A stretch of 63,256 nucleotides of DNA, filler included, from Chiloscyllium plagiosum (Eukaryota): NCBI RefSeq assembly GCF_004010195.1. It is 3 parts of one record of this genome, joined end to end, with 100 filler letters (N's around TTAATTAATTAA, not from the genome) between each part and the next. Parts side by side here need not be neighbours in the genome. Positions count along the whole stretch, not along the records: positions 1 to 27,651 come from NC_057713.1; positions 27,752 to 48,201 come from NC_057713.1; 1 more part is not named here. The stretch is one strand, 5' to 3'. Below, in pieces: positions 26,798 through 39,033 of the stretch. Each line of letters begins with the position of its first letter. The stretch's first letter is position 1. The position numbers and the translations under genes are program-made. The notes below the pieces were generated by a model. That model was given only the letters and a program-made list of their open reading frames with translations, had not been told where the DNA came from and made no database searches.

Positions 26798-27651
26798 TAG
26801 AGTCATAGAGATGTACAGCATGGAAACCGACTCTTCGGTCCAACCCGTCCATGCCACCCAGATATCCCTACCCAATCTAGTCCCACCTGCCAGCACCCGG
26901 CCCATATCCCTCCAAACCCTTCCTAATCAAATAACCATCCAAATGCCTCTTAAATGTTGCAATTGTCCCAGCCTTCACCACATCCTCTGGCAGCTCATTC
27001 CACACACGTACCACCCTCTGCGTGAAAAAGTTGCCCCTTAGGTCTCTTTTATATCTTTCCCCTCTCACCCTAAACCTATGCCCTCTAGTTCTGGACTCCC
27101 GGACCCCAGGGAAAAGACTTTGTCTATTTATCCTATCCATGCCCCTCAGAATTTTGTAAACCTCTATAAGGCCTCCAATGCTCCAGGGAAAACAGCCCCA
27201 GCCTGTTCAGTCTCTCCCTAAAGCTCAAATCCTCCAACCCTAGCAACATCCTTGTAAATCTTTTCTGAATCCTTTCAAGTTTCACAACCTCTTTGCGATA
27301 GGAAGGAGACCAGAATTGCATGCAATATTCCAACAGTGGCCTAATCAATGTCCTGTACAGCAGCAACATGACCTCCCAACTCCTGTACTCAATACTCTGA
27401 CCAATAAAGGAAAGCATACCAAACGCCCTCTTCACTATCCTACCTACCTGCGACTCCACTTTCAAGGAGCTATGAACCTGCACTCCAAGGTCTCTTTGTT
27501 CAGCAACACTTCCTAGGACCTTACCAATAAGTGTACACGTCCTGCTAAGATTTGCTTTCCCAAAATGCAGCACCTCACATTTATCTGAATTAAACTCCAT
27601 CTGCCACTTCTCAGCCCATTGGCCCATCTGGTCAAGATCCTGTTGTAATCT
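26798..27651 (-). mobile_element. CR1 (HER1-like) LINE RT 3' region, cut by an assembly gap
   Basis: ORFs 27133-27627 (WAEKWQMEFNSDKCEVLHFG...LEYCMQFWSP) and 26877-27140. Confidence 0.93.
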
Positions 27652-27751
27652 NNNNNNNNNNNNNNNNNNNNNNNNNNNNNNNNNNNNNNNNNNNNTTAAT
27701 TAATTAANNNNNNNNNNNNNNNNNNNNNNNNNNNNNNNNNNNNNNNNNNNN
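27652..27751. other. 100-nt assembly join: 44 N + TTAATTAATTAA + 44 N
   Basis: Read directly. An identical structure occurs at 48202-48301. Confidence 0.95.
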
Positions 27752-27758
27752 CACCCCC

Positions 27759-27793
27759 GGTCCTGATGAAGGGTTCCACCTGAAACATTGACC
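27759..27793 (+). ncRNA. Minimal type-I hammerhead ribozyme motif
   Basis: GGTC, CTGATGA, A, GGGT-tcc-ACCT, GAAA, CA, TT, GACC. Stem I GGTC/GACC is 4 bp and perfectly complementary. Stem III ACAT is probably CpG-decayed ACGT. Confidence 0.65.
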
Positions 27794-28917
27794 TCCCCCT
27801 CCTGATGCTGCCTGGCCTGCTGTGTTCTTCCAGCCTCCTGCCCTTCCATCAGAGGAAAAGTGTCATACTCTGCTGAGAACTCCGATGTGGCCATCGGTTG
27901 GGCAGTCTGCTAAAGGAGGTTGATGAATATGGAGAACAAAGTGGCTGGTGCACTGGCGGTCCTGAGAGAAACCCTGCCTCCAATGGCAAGGAGCCTGAGG
28001 CAATCCTGCAGCACACAACATTGTACGGAGCTTGGAACCATTCTCTCCAGCCAAAGCCACCTGTATATTTGTGAGCCAAACCACATGCAGCATCTGATAC
28101 CCAATGCCCCAGCCTCCATTGCAGGTGAAGCAGGACCCACTCAATATCTGAGTGCACATAGCATTGTAGCAGGGGGTTACAATGTGAAAAGAGTCTTAGT
28201 GTGTCACAACAGTCTGTTTGTCCTCTCACAGATTAGTAAGATTGCTCCCCATAGGTGATCCAGGCTTACAATCCGTGGTCATGATAATTAATTAACCTGT
28301 ATCCTCTCTCAGAGAGATAGCATTCACTCTCCCATCATCAGTGGAGGTGTTGGTCTCATGGCATTATCGGTAGAGACCTGGAGTCCTGGGTTTGAATCTC
28401 AACATGACCGAAGCTCGGATTTGAATTCAATAATTGTCTGGAATGAAGACTCTAGTGATAACCAGGAAACAATTGATGATTGTCAGAAAAACCCATTCGG
28501 TTTGCTAACATTTTTGGGAAACGAAACTGCCTTCCTTACCCAATCTGCTTTACTTGTTGCTCCAGACACAACGTAGTTAACTCTTAACTAACCTCTAGGT
28601 AATCCACACTGGCCTCACCAGCAACACCCACATCCTGTGGATGAATGACAAATAACTCGGCCAATAAATAGCTGTCTAGATTGCTATCTCTCTTCCTTGT
28701 TTTTGTCTCTCTGTTCTTCTCTCTCCTAATGCTCACTCTCCTATTCCTCAGCTGTTCACCACATGATTGATGAAAAGGTTGTGAGCAAATAGCATGAAGC
28801 TTGAGTCCAGCTCTATTGAGCACTGCAGGGCTTTGCAAGAACTGTCCTGACACAAATACAATGTGCCAATATAATAATGTTTTACTGTATCCCCTTCTTG
28901 TGTGATAGCACAGCTTT

Positions 28918-29084
28918 GAAGATGTGTTGCTGGAAAAGCGCAGCATGTCAGGCAGCATCCAAGGAGCAGGAGAATCGACGTTTCGGGCATGAGCCCTTCT
29001 TCAGGATGCTGCCTGACCTGCTGCCCTTTTCCAGCAACACATTTTCAGCTCTGATCTCCAGCATCTGCAGGCCTCACTTTCTCC
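28918..29084. mobile_element. Fold-back Penelope-type mini-element with hammerhead motif; 15-bp TSD
   Basis: Inverted arms. TSD TGATAGCACAGCTTT at 28903-28917 and 29085-29099. Confidence 0.87.
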
Positions 29085-29125
29085 TGATAGCACAGCTTTA
29101 CCCATACGTACACTGCACGTGTGCA

Positions 29126-29159
<34 letters not shown>

Positions 29160-29314
29160 CGATATCAATTTATTAACCATATGGTTAGTGGATAACCCTT
29201 GTCATTTCCTTCCAGATCCTAATCCTGTTGTTGATGATCAATTACAGCTGGCACCATGGTCTCTTGCATCATGTGAATAACTAGTTTGTGCACTGGGTAA
29301 TGTTGGAGAACATA

Positions 29315-30022
29315 GAGAGCTAGGGGCTCAAGTACATAATTCTTTGAAATTTGCGTCACATGTAGACAGGGCAGTTTAGCACGCTTGCCTTCATTGGTCA
29401 GACTTTGAGTACGGGAGTTGGGATGTCATGTTGGCGTTGTACAGGATATTGGTGAGGCCTCTCGGAGTACTGGAGATCAGCACACTAAGGAAACTCCACA
29501 GCTGGAGTACTGTGTACAGTTCTGGTCTCCCTTCTTTGGGAAGGATATCGTTCAATTGGAGAGGGTTCGAGAAAGATTTACCAGGATGTTGCTGGGAATG
29601 TAAGGGTTAAGTTACAGGGAGAGGCTGGATAGACTGGGAGTTTTTTCGCTGCGGTGTACAAGGTTAAAGGGTTGAGGAGAGGTTTATAAAGTCATGAGGG
29701 GCATAGATAGGATGAATAGCAAAGGTCTGTTCCTAAGTGTGGGGGAGTACAAAACTAAAGGGCATATTTTTAAGGTGAGAGAAGAAAGATTTTAAAAGGA
29801 CATGGGGGCAATTGTTTTATGCACAGGATGACCCATGTGTGGAATGAACTGCCAGAGCAAGTGCTGGATGCAGGTACAGTTACAACATTTAAAAGACAGT
29901 TGATCAGTACATAAATAGGAAAGATTTGTAGGGATATGGTCTAAATGCAGGCAAGTGGGACTAGCTTGGTGTGGGACAGGTTGGACGGAAGGGTTTGTTT
30001 CCATGCTGGATGATTCTATGAT
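29315..30022 (+). mobile_element. CR1 LINE 3' fragment, degraded
   Basis: LEYCVQFWSP...LERVRERFTRML followed by the CR1 3' tail. Confidence 0.85.
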
Positions 30023-30629
30023 TCCTTGAAATCATCAAAACTTCCTTCAGTACCTAACATACTCGATACAATGGGCTTTTGGAACTTTAAAGAGCTACAC
30101 AAAGGTCAAAACAGTGTAGCACTGTAGGTACATTCAGAAAGAAAGATTTCCATTCATAAAAAAACATTCACAGTCACTGAACTATTTCCTAAGTGCTCTA
30201 CAGCCATTGAAGTACTTTTTAAGTGTCCATAGCTGTGGGGTATGTATGGCCAGTGTCCATGCAGTATGCATGGAGACACTGGTGCCTGGCGTTTCACAGG
30301 AAAATTACTTGAGCAAGCAGTGACCTGAAGGAGCCAAGTGCTTGCTCTGACTTCCATGGTCTCTAGTTTGTTTGCAGTGGGGGTGGTATGACAGGAAATG
30401 ACACATTAATGAAGTGAGATTTGCAGTTAATAAGCTTACTATCAGTAATCAACCCCCCGATCAGCCAATTGCCTCTACCTAGTGGAAATTTCACCTTGAC
30501 ATTCAGAATGTAATTAAAGGACATAGTGAGTTACTCCTGATGTCAAGATAGGCCTTGTTGAACCTCTCCTGTCATTCTGCAACATTTCTCTGCCCATGTC
30601 ATTTCAGCATCTCTACAATTCCCTCCATT

Positions 30630-30860
30630 CTAATTAATTTGCACAGTGCAAATTTCCACAGAAATATGGCAATCACCAGATTATTTTTGTTGCAATATTT
30701 GTAGATGGATTAATATTGGTCAGGACACTAAGAAAACTCCATAATCTTCTTCCAGATAATGTAATGGAATGTCTATTACCTGAGAGGGTCAAGGGGATCT
30801 CCTCTTTAATATTTCTTCACAAAGGCAGGACAGCACACCTTCATTAGTGCACTGGGGCTT
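30630..30860 (-). mobile_element. Ancient Deu-domain SINE-like remnant (AmnSINE/SacSINE-like)
   Basis: The reverse complement resembles the Deu domain as recalled (GAAGA..GGAGTTTTC..GTGTCCTGACCAATATTAATCC...ATCTGGTGATT...TGTGCAAATT). No alignment was run. Confidence 0.4.
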
Positions 30861-31084
30861 GGAAGATGACTTCCCTCCAGATTTAGTACATTATGTGTGG
30901 AAAAACCCAATAAATCTGATTGGCCAGCAGTTCCACCAACCCTGGCAGCACCTTGGATTTTTGGGGCTGAGATATTTTGCGATTAAAGGTAACTTGCAGA
31001 ATAGACAAATAATTGGCAAGTGAACATCGATACAGGTAAAGGTGAGGCCATTCTCCTTTTAATGAGCAAAAGGGAGGCATCTTT

Positions 31085-31410
31085 TTAGATAGATAGATAG
31101 ATAACTTACAGATAACTTATGGAAACAGGCCCTTCGGCCCAACAAGTCCACACCGACCCGCTGAAGCGTAACCCACCCATTCCCCTACATTTACCCCTTT
31201 ACCTAACACTACGGGCAATTTAGCATGGCCAATTCACCTGACCTGCACATCTTTGGACTGTGGGAGGAAACCGGAGCACCCGGAGGAAACCCACGCAGAC
31301 ACGAGGAGAATGCGCAAACTCCACACAGTCAGTCGCCTGAGTCAGGAATTGAACCCGGGTCTCTGGCACTGTGAGGCAGCAGTGCTAACCACTGTGCCAC
31401 CGTGCCGCCC
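31085..31410 (-). mobile_element. HE1-like V-SINE, full length and well preserved
   Basis: The reverse complement reads GGGCGGCACGGTGGCACAGTGGTTAGCACTGCTGCC (A box)...GGTTCAATTCC (B box)...central V domain...GGGCCGAAGGGCCTGTTTCC (CR1 tail), then (TATC)n. Confidence 0.92.
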
Positions 31411-31823
31411 TTACTGTTGGAAGGCTGGAAGTCTAGGTAGGATTGAGGAAGAAAGGATTATAAATATACCAACTGCTAAATATTGCTTCATTGGTTAAAA
31501 ATGAAATCAAGCATCCAGCTTTATTCCAAAAGGATAGAATTGAAAAGTAAGGAGGTCATGTTGCATCTGGGTTAAACGAATCTACATGCATATCTAGTTC
31601 ATATTGTTAAAAGAGCAGAGAGGTTCCAGTGAAGATATAGTGAAGGTTTGCGAGGAAGATACCTGAAATCTTTCAGGATGTGTAAGATTACTGACACACT
31701 GGGTCTCTTTTCCCACAAAGAAAGAAAGCTGAGGGGTGACCTAATGGAGAAATTTAACTTCACAAAAGGTTTTAGCAAAGTGGGGTATGTGAAGGCTGCT
31801 AATATTTGGGTTAGATGCCATCA

Positions 31824-32130
31824 AGCAGCACGGTGACACCAGGAGCCCGGGTTCGATTCCACTCTCGGGTGACTGGTTGCACATTCCCCCCTAAGGCTGT
31901 GTGGGTTTCCTCTGGGTGCTCTGGTTTCCTCCCACAATCCAAAGACGTGCGGATTAGTCATGCTAAAAATTGCCCATAGAGTCCAGGGATGTGCAGGTTA
32001 GGTGGGTTAGCCACAGGGAAAAAACCCACGTGGGGTTACGGAGATGATGTGGGTCTGGGTAGGGTGCTCTTTGGTGGGTCAGTGCAGACTCTATGAGCTG
32101 AATGGCCACTTTCAGCACCGTAGGGATTCA
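31824..32130 (+). mobile_element. HE1-like SINE, diverged
   Basis: CCCGGGTTCGATTCC (B box), TGGGTTTCCTCTGGGTGCTCTGGTTTCCTCCCACAATCCAAAGA and the tail. Confidence 0.75.
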
Positions 32131-32317
32131 CAGTCACTGAGAAATCTAACAGAGAATTCAGAAGAAAACTCTTTTCCCAAATAATGGTGAGAGCATGAAA
32201 CCTGCTCCCACAGGGAGTAGTTGAAGCAAACTGTGCAGATGCATTTAAGGAAAAGTTAGATGTCAGGGAGAAGGGGTTATGTTGGAAGATTGAAATGAGG
32301 AAATGTGAAAGAAGACT

Positions 32318-33211
32318 TAATGGCAAGATTCTGGGGAGTGTTGCTGAACAAAGAGACCTTGGAGTGCAGGTTCATAGCTCCTTGAAAGTAGATTAGATTA
32401 GATTCCCTACAGTGTGGAAACAGGCCCTTTGGCCCACCAAGCCCACACCGACCCTCCGAAGAGCAACCCACCCAGACCCATTTCCCCATACCTAACACTA
32501 CGGGCAATTTAGTATGGCCAATTCACCTGACCTGCACATCTTTAGACTGTGGGAGAAAACCGGGGGAGATAGGATAGTGAAGAAGGCGTTTGGTATCCTT
32601 TCTTTTTTTGGACAGAGTATTGAGTACAGGAGTTGGGACGTCATGTTGTGGCTCTACAGGGCATTGGTTAGGCCACTGTTGGAATATTGCGTGCAATTCT
32701 GGTCTCCTTCCTATCGGAAAGATGTTGTGAAACTTGAAAGGGTTCAGAAAGAATTTACAAGGATGTTGCCAGGGTTGGAGGATCTGAGCTAACTGAGAGG
32801 CTGAATAGGCTGGGGCTGTTTTCCCTGGAACGTCAGAGGCTGAGGGGTGACCTAATAGAGGTTTATAAAATCATGACGGGCATTGATAGGGTAAATAGAC
32901 AAGGTATTTTCTCTGGGGTGCGGGAGTCCAGAACTAGAGGGCATAGGTTTAGGGTGAGAGGGGAAAGATATAAAAGGGACACGCAGAGAGTGGTACATGT
33001 ATGGAATGAGCTGCCAGAGGAAGTGTTGGAGACTGATACAATTACAACATTCAAAAGGCATCTGGATGGGTATATGAATAGGAAGGGTTTAGAGGGATAA
33101 TGGGTCAAGTGCTGGCAAATGGGACTAGATTAGATTAAGATATCTGGTCAGCATGGACAAGTTGGACCGAAAGGTCTGTTTCCATGCTGTGTATCTCTAT
33201 GACCCTATGAC
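32318..33211 (+). mobile_element. CR1 LINE 3' region with an antisense HE1-like SINE 3' fragment (~32390-32562) inserted
   Basis: ORFs 32514-32792 (LLEYCVQFWSPSYRKDVVKLERVQ) and 32873-33100. CR1 sequence is present on both sides of the SINE. Confidence 0.88.
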
Positions 33212-33276
33212 TGCAGTGGAGCATAATCACCAAGGTAGACTGGTTTGGTGGAATAGCCTGATTCTATGTCATATAT

Positions 33277-33418
33277 GAGCAGGAGAATCGACGTTTCGGG
33301 CATGAGCCCGCCCGAAACGTCGATTCTCCTGCTCCTTGGATGCTGCCTGACCTGCTGCGCTTTTCCAGCAACACATTTTCAGCTCTGATCTCTAGCATCT
33401 GCAGTCCTCACTTTCTCC
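33277..33418. mobile_element. Fold-back Penelope-type mini-element; 14-bp TSD
   Basis: GAGCAGGAGAATCGACGTTTCGGGC..GCCCGAAACGTCGATTCTCCTGCTC hairpin. TSD TCTATGTCATATAT at 33263-33276 and 33419-33432. Confidence 0.87.
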
Positions 33419-34123
33419 TCTATGTCATATATCCCATGTATGTTTGTAGGCATGTGCAGTAGGCCAGAGCTTGGTGGTAGAGAAGGTCCTGGGCCATGTT
33501 AAGCCTGAGCATTGGGCGGTGAGGGTTGGCAACCTTGCGGTGAGAGGGGTGGGGAGTTGGTGGCACAAAGGTGGTGTGGGGTGGATTTTAAACTCCTTAC
33601 AAATAGGAAGAAGGGGTGGGGGGGGGTCTTCATTTTCTCAGGGGTGTTACTATTACGGGAAGACGCCCTCCAAAGCTATTAACCCCAGCCCTTTCTTCCT
33701 GCAATTTAAAAAAAAATTGTAAAACCATGTTTTACCACACTAGCCCAATTGCTGCACCAAGCATATTATGACAAGGGCAGGATAACATTGTGGTGTATTG
33801 AGTTTTTAACAATTACTGATTTACATCTGGTGACAGTGCTGTGAATATTGCTGACCACCCACACTCTGTATTCACGGGGTGAGCTCAGGGTGGGTCAGAG
33901 TGAATATGGGCATCTATTCTGTTTTGTGTATACTAACACTGGAAACACAACTGGGGGAGGGTGCGGGCAAAGTTCAGCACAGAGAATTGGAACTCAAACC
34001 CACAGTCATTTGCCTCCAGAGGTTCCAGTGCTACAAATTGAGCCAGTTTTGACATTATCCAATGGAGGAGTTAGAACCAGTTAATGATCCCTTTATACAA
34101 CACTAGAATGGGATCTACCCTGA

Positions 34124-34430
34124 TCTGGCAGCATCTGTAGAGAGAAAGGAGCAACAAGGTTTCAGGTCCAGTGACCCTTCTTCAGAACTGGAGCAGAAAC
34201 ATTAACTCTGCTTTCTCTCTCCACATATGCTGCCAGACATGCTGAGCTTTTCCAGCAATGTCTATTTCTGTTTCCAATTTCCAGCATTTCATTTGGCTTT
34301 TATTTGGTGTGGAGGTGCCCGTATTGGACTGGGGTGAACAAAGTCAGAAGTCACATGACACCAGGTAATCATCCAACAGGTTTATCTAAAATCACAAGCT
34401 TTCGGAGCGCTGCCCTTTACTCGGGTGAAG
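34124..34430. mobile_element. Two adjacent Penelope-type termini: family-B fold-back (~34124-34290) and family-C terminus (~34303-34430, minus)
   Basis: The reverse complements contain AGTTCTGAAGAAGGGTCACTGGACCTGAAA and GGGCAGCGCTCCGAAAGCTTGTG. Similar to 25364-25490, 55086-55230 and 50130-50240. Confidence 0.7.
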
Positions 34431-36499
34431 TGTTGTTTGGAATCTTCCTTGCTGTTTGGAGCTGTGCAAGTTCAAGAGGGGTTGGAGTGTCAGTCAGCAA
34501 ACTGGAACTGATGTACTGATGACACATAAGCAATTCACAATTTGACTGCTGGCGAATATTCAGCGAACGCCCTGCATCAATATAATGCCTGACGCTATTC
34601 ACCCCAGAAGTGTGTGCCGTTTTGGAACTTGTGGGAGTCTTACATTGTCAACCAAATTCAATTCGCTGCTCGTCAACTCTGCTCATCTCCCCGTAACACA
34701 GGGTTGGGAAAAGGGCAAACCGGTGCTCACAGCTTGTGAAAGTGAATGAGGCGCTTCATGACAGTTGCTGGTAGCCCCAACAGCTCAGGGAGGTTAGCGA
34801 ACAGGATCCTGCTGCACTGGGAGGAAGCAGCGACCCAAGCAGAATCTTTCATTTCTGTTCGCGTTGCAGTTAAGGTGGAAGAATGACAGAAACAGCCCAC
34901 AGAGCACAGAAATTCCCATACCTTTCAGTTCCTGCACACGGTGTCGGTAAACTTTGATGCTGAAAAGAAACCTTCAAATCCTGCTGGTCATTGCTGCTGC
35001 CTCTCGTCTCGGATTGCCTTGAAATACAGCTGTGTCTGGAAGCCTCGATCTTTTGTACTGCTCATCTGACGCACTACCAGCCCTCCTAACTCAGCATGTG
35101 CTTGCATATGCATGAACGCAGAGCACTGGAAAACTATCCCTTCCTTGTCCTTTATCCCACCGGTGGCTGCACTCAGATGTATTTCTCCCTCCACCCTTCT
35201 GCAGACCTTTAATTAGCACTCATTGTTCTCTGTCTACCCGGCTGCTTTCTATCTTCACTTCAGGAATCCAAACTTTGTCACTGAATCAATCAACAAACTT
35301 AACGCGTCTTATTTTTCAGTCGTGGGGAGGGAAGGTAGTGCTTGCTTACCTTCGAGCTAAGGAGAGCCTTTCTCACTTACAAAATGTCACACATAAGTCT
35401 CATTTCTTTCTGCACATGATAACCCTCCCTCCCTCCACCATTTGTTCAGGTACAACCCACATTGAGAATTGAGAGTCCTGTATTAATATTGTCTGGGCAC
35501 ACTCCTTGAAGTATTCACAATGTTATCAGGCAACAGTTAGTACTAATCATACCAAGAGAAGATTGATCTATTTTTATTCACTGGTCAGTGTTCTGCACAA
35601 ACATTGCAGAAAAATTAAACAGAACTACAAACAAATTGTGACATACTATTTTAGCACACAATTCTCATATCCCATCATGTTACAATTTTGAAGGTACCAT
35701 TGAAGTTGTTCAAAATACTAGAAGACACAGATTGGCAATTAAAGATATTCTAGGATTTACATCCTTTAGATTATGTCTTGTTTTCTAATAGTACAATAAA
35801 AGGCTTTTCTTATCAGCTCAACATCTCTCAGCACCTGGTAATGAGAACGCTCTTTGTTCACTCTAATTCCCTGAATTACACCGAGGCAGAGAGAGAGCCA
35901 GAGACAGTGAAAAGGTTCACTGTTTGCTATGTAGACTTGCCTATTGACTGCCCTCAATTGACTGAAACTCCATCAGATAACAGGCTAGCCTTACCTCTTA
36001 TATCACTGAAAGCCAAGCTAAAGTACATACTGGAACATTTCTAAGCAGTCTTTGGGTATGAATACACACAGGACAGATTCGAGAGTGACTCTGAACTGTG
36101 TTAAATTTTAATATGTGTTGATGACCTTTAGTAAGTCGTAACAGATCAATACAGGTCAAATAAATCAATCAATAGTGCATTTAAACAAATTTGACTTGAT
36201 ATTATGTGATTAAGAGCAGAAGTTAGAATTACATAATGCAATGGACTAAACATTTTTCTTAAAATATCATATTGGACTTGAATCATTGAGTCTGTTTTTC
36301 TCTCTCCACAGACTGCCAAACCTTCTGAGTTTCTCAAGGACTTTCTGTTTTTATTTCAGATTTCTAGCAGCCACATTATTTTACTTAAGTCAACAAGATA
36401 GATGGACTGCATTAACTCACCAAGGCTTCTCCAGCAGCCCCTCAAAACAGCCAACCTCCACCCATGCAAAAAACTACAGAGAGCTGTGAATACACCAGT

Positions 36500-36893
36500 C
36501 CATTACACAAACCAGCCTCCCATCTACTGACTCTAGCTGTTCTTTCCACTACCTCAGGAAAGCAACATCAGCAAAGACCCCTCCCACTCCTGTTCTACTC
36601 TCTTCCACCCTCTTCGATCAGACAGGAGATATAAAAGTTTGAATGTACATTTGAACAGATTCAAGAACAGCTTTTTTCCCATTGTTATTTATCAGACTTT
36701 TGAACGGACCTCTCAAATATGTATTCTGATCTCTCTCTCTCTCTCTCTCTCTGTGTGTGCACCTTCTCTGGAACACTGCACTCTGTTCTGCTACCCTGAT
36801 GCACTTTGTATGGTACAATCTGTCTGTATACAACACAAAACAATACTTTTCACTGTATCTGGGTACATGTGACATGAATCAATCAATCAATCA
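36500..36893 (+). mobile_element. Non-LTR retrotransposon 3' end (Rex1/Babar-like) with (CT)n in the tail
   Basis: Translation resembling S.RRYKSL....NRFKNSFFP, typical of RT C-termini of this clade. Ends in (AATC)n. Confidence 0.55.
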
Positions 36894-37209
36894 CCTAGAA
36901 TGATAAAGGCAGCAGATAAATGGAAACACAACCACCTCCAAGCCACTCATCATCCTGACTTGGGAATATATTGCCATTTCTTCAACATCACTGAGTCAAA
37001 ATCCTGGAATTCCCTCCGTAACAACACTGTGGGTACATTCCCAAAAGTTCAAGTAAGCAGTTCACTACCATCTTTCACAGGACAATTAAGGATTGGCAAT
37101 AAACGCTGGCCGAGCCAAGGTTCATATCCTGTAATTTTAAAAAGTTTGACATTTTATGTTAATTTAATGAAACAAATTAATATAACTTTAAAAAATTCTC
37201 TCTTGAGAT

Positions 37210-38250
37210 GTCGATGCCACTGATTGGCCAGCATTTATTACCTGCGCTTGGTTGCCCTGAGAAGATGGTGGAGAGCTGCCTTCTTGAACTGCTGTGGTCC
37301 ATATGCTGTAGGCTTGCCTTAACAAGAGAGTTCCAGGGTTTTGACCTCGCGGCAATAAAAAGAACAGTGATATATCTCTGAATCAGGATGGTGAGTGGCT
37401 TGGATGGAGCTTTCAGATGGTGGTGTTCCCATGTATGTGCTGCTCTTGTCCTTCGAGATGAAAGTGGTTTTGGATTTGGAGGGCTCTGTATAATGGTCTT
37501 TGGTGAATTTCTGCAGTGCATCTTATAGATAGTACACACTATTGCTGCTCCTGAGCATTGGTGGCACAGGGAATGAATGTTTGTGGACATGGTGCCAATC
37601 AAGCAGGTTACTTTGTCCTGAATAGTGTCAGGCTTCTTGAGTGTTATTGGAGCTGCACCCATCCAGACAAGTTGGGCGTATTCCATCGCACTCCTGACTT
37701 GGCCGTGTAGATGGTGGGCAGGATTTGGGGAGTCAGGAGGCAAATTTCATACTGCAATATTCCTAGCTTCTGACCTGCCCTTGTAGCCACTGTCTTTATA
37801 TGTCCAGTTGAGTTTCTGGACAATGGTAATCCCAAGGATATTGATAATGGGGGATTCAGTGATGGTAATTCCATTGAATGTCAAGGGGCATTGGTTAGAT
37901 TGTCTCTTATTGGTGATGGTTATAGCCTGGCATTTGTGTGACATGAATGTTACTGCCACATGTCAGCCCAAGCCTGGATATTGTCCAGATCTTGTTGCAT
38001 TTGGACATGGACTGCTTCCGTATCTGAGAATTTGTGAATGGTGCTGAACATTGTGCAATCATTGGTGAACATCCCCACTTCTGATCTTAAGAAGAAAGAA
38101 GGTGATTGATGAAGCAGCTGAAGATAGTTGGGTCCAGACACTACTCTGAGGAACTCCTACAGAGATGTCCTGGAGCTGAAAAAATTGACCGCCAACAATC
38201 CTATGTGCCAACCATGACTCCAACCATCAGAGTTTGCCCCCTGATGCCAC
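37210..38250 (-). mobile_element. CR1/L2-superfamily LINE 3' half, frameshifted; tail-to-tail with a + strand tail of the same family (~36895-37130)
   Basis: ORF fragments MFTNDCT..MQQDLDNIQAWADMWQ, KCQAITI, GQKLGIL and QVRSAMEYAQLVW..KKPDTIQDK. 3' tail GGTAATAAATGCTGGCC. Confidence 0.8.
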
Positions 38251-39033
38251 GCTCAGTGAAATTCTCATATTCTAGATTATTACATTTCAGGTGCTTCACA
38301 GTATCATGAAAAAAAATGACCAATGTTTTATTTTCCTTTCTTTTAATGCTGACTACATCTATATAAGGAGGCTGTGTACTCAGATAAACACTGTTGCTAT
38401 GCAGCTTCTCAGCATGGCTTCTAATATTTGCCCCAGCCCTGGCAATGAAGGGAAATGATTCGGGCTTGGATTCAAAGGGCCTGCTGGATAGAGCATTGTA
38501 GAAGTAGGATGTCCAGTACATGCAGGACCCACTGCAGAGACAATAACACCAAACCATGACACCCTAGTCTGTGCTCATTACCTGGGTCAGTGCAGTCTCA
38601 GCTGCCTGGTAGAAAACTCATCAACGAAGGATAAAGGTCAATGACCTTTTCCATTCCATCACTTCCAAGTTCCACCATGTACTGTCCAATACCTCACATA
38701 TCTGGTCGGCATGGACAGGTTGGACCGAAGGGTCTGTTTCCATGCCATACATCTCTATGACTCTATGGCTCTATGGTAGCTATCTCTGATACTGTACCCA
38801 CCTCCACGAAGGATCAGGCCCCATCAGTCTGTCCATTGCCTGTGACATCTTCCCTCACTCACTGTCATCCACCACAAGTCGTGATCTCACTAACACTGCA
38901 AGTCCTCTGTGGTGCCTAGTCACTTGCTCAAGACACGTCCCCAACTGCACCGAAAGGAGAAAAGCTGTGCCACCCACTTTCATGTTGCTGAATACCTGCC
39001 TCCTTCTTAATCCAGGAAGAAAACAGCTCACAA

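Noticed and set aside
27696..27707. TTAATTAATTAA as a homeodomain-binding or PacI-like biological motif (also 48246-48257)
   Set aside because: It is centred exactly within 44+44 N in both cases, so it is an assembly spacer.
27850..28260. 112-aa ORF (MMNMENKVAGALAVLRETLPPMARSL...) as a host exon or Harbinger accessory-protein remnant
   Set aside because: No recognisable domain or convincing splice signals, so it cannot be assigned from the sequence alone.
31330..31410. tRNA genes suggested by A/B boxes (also 26326-26400 and 20000-20077)
   Set aside because: There is no complete cloverleaf, and the heads continue into SINE bodies with LINE-derived tails.
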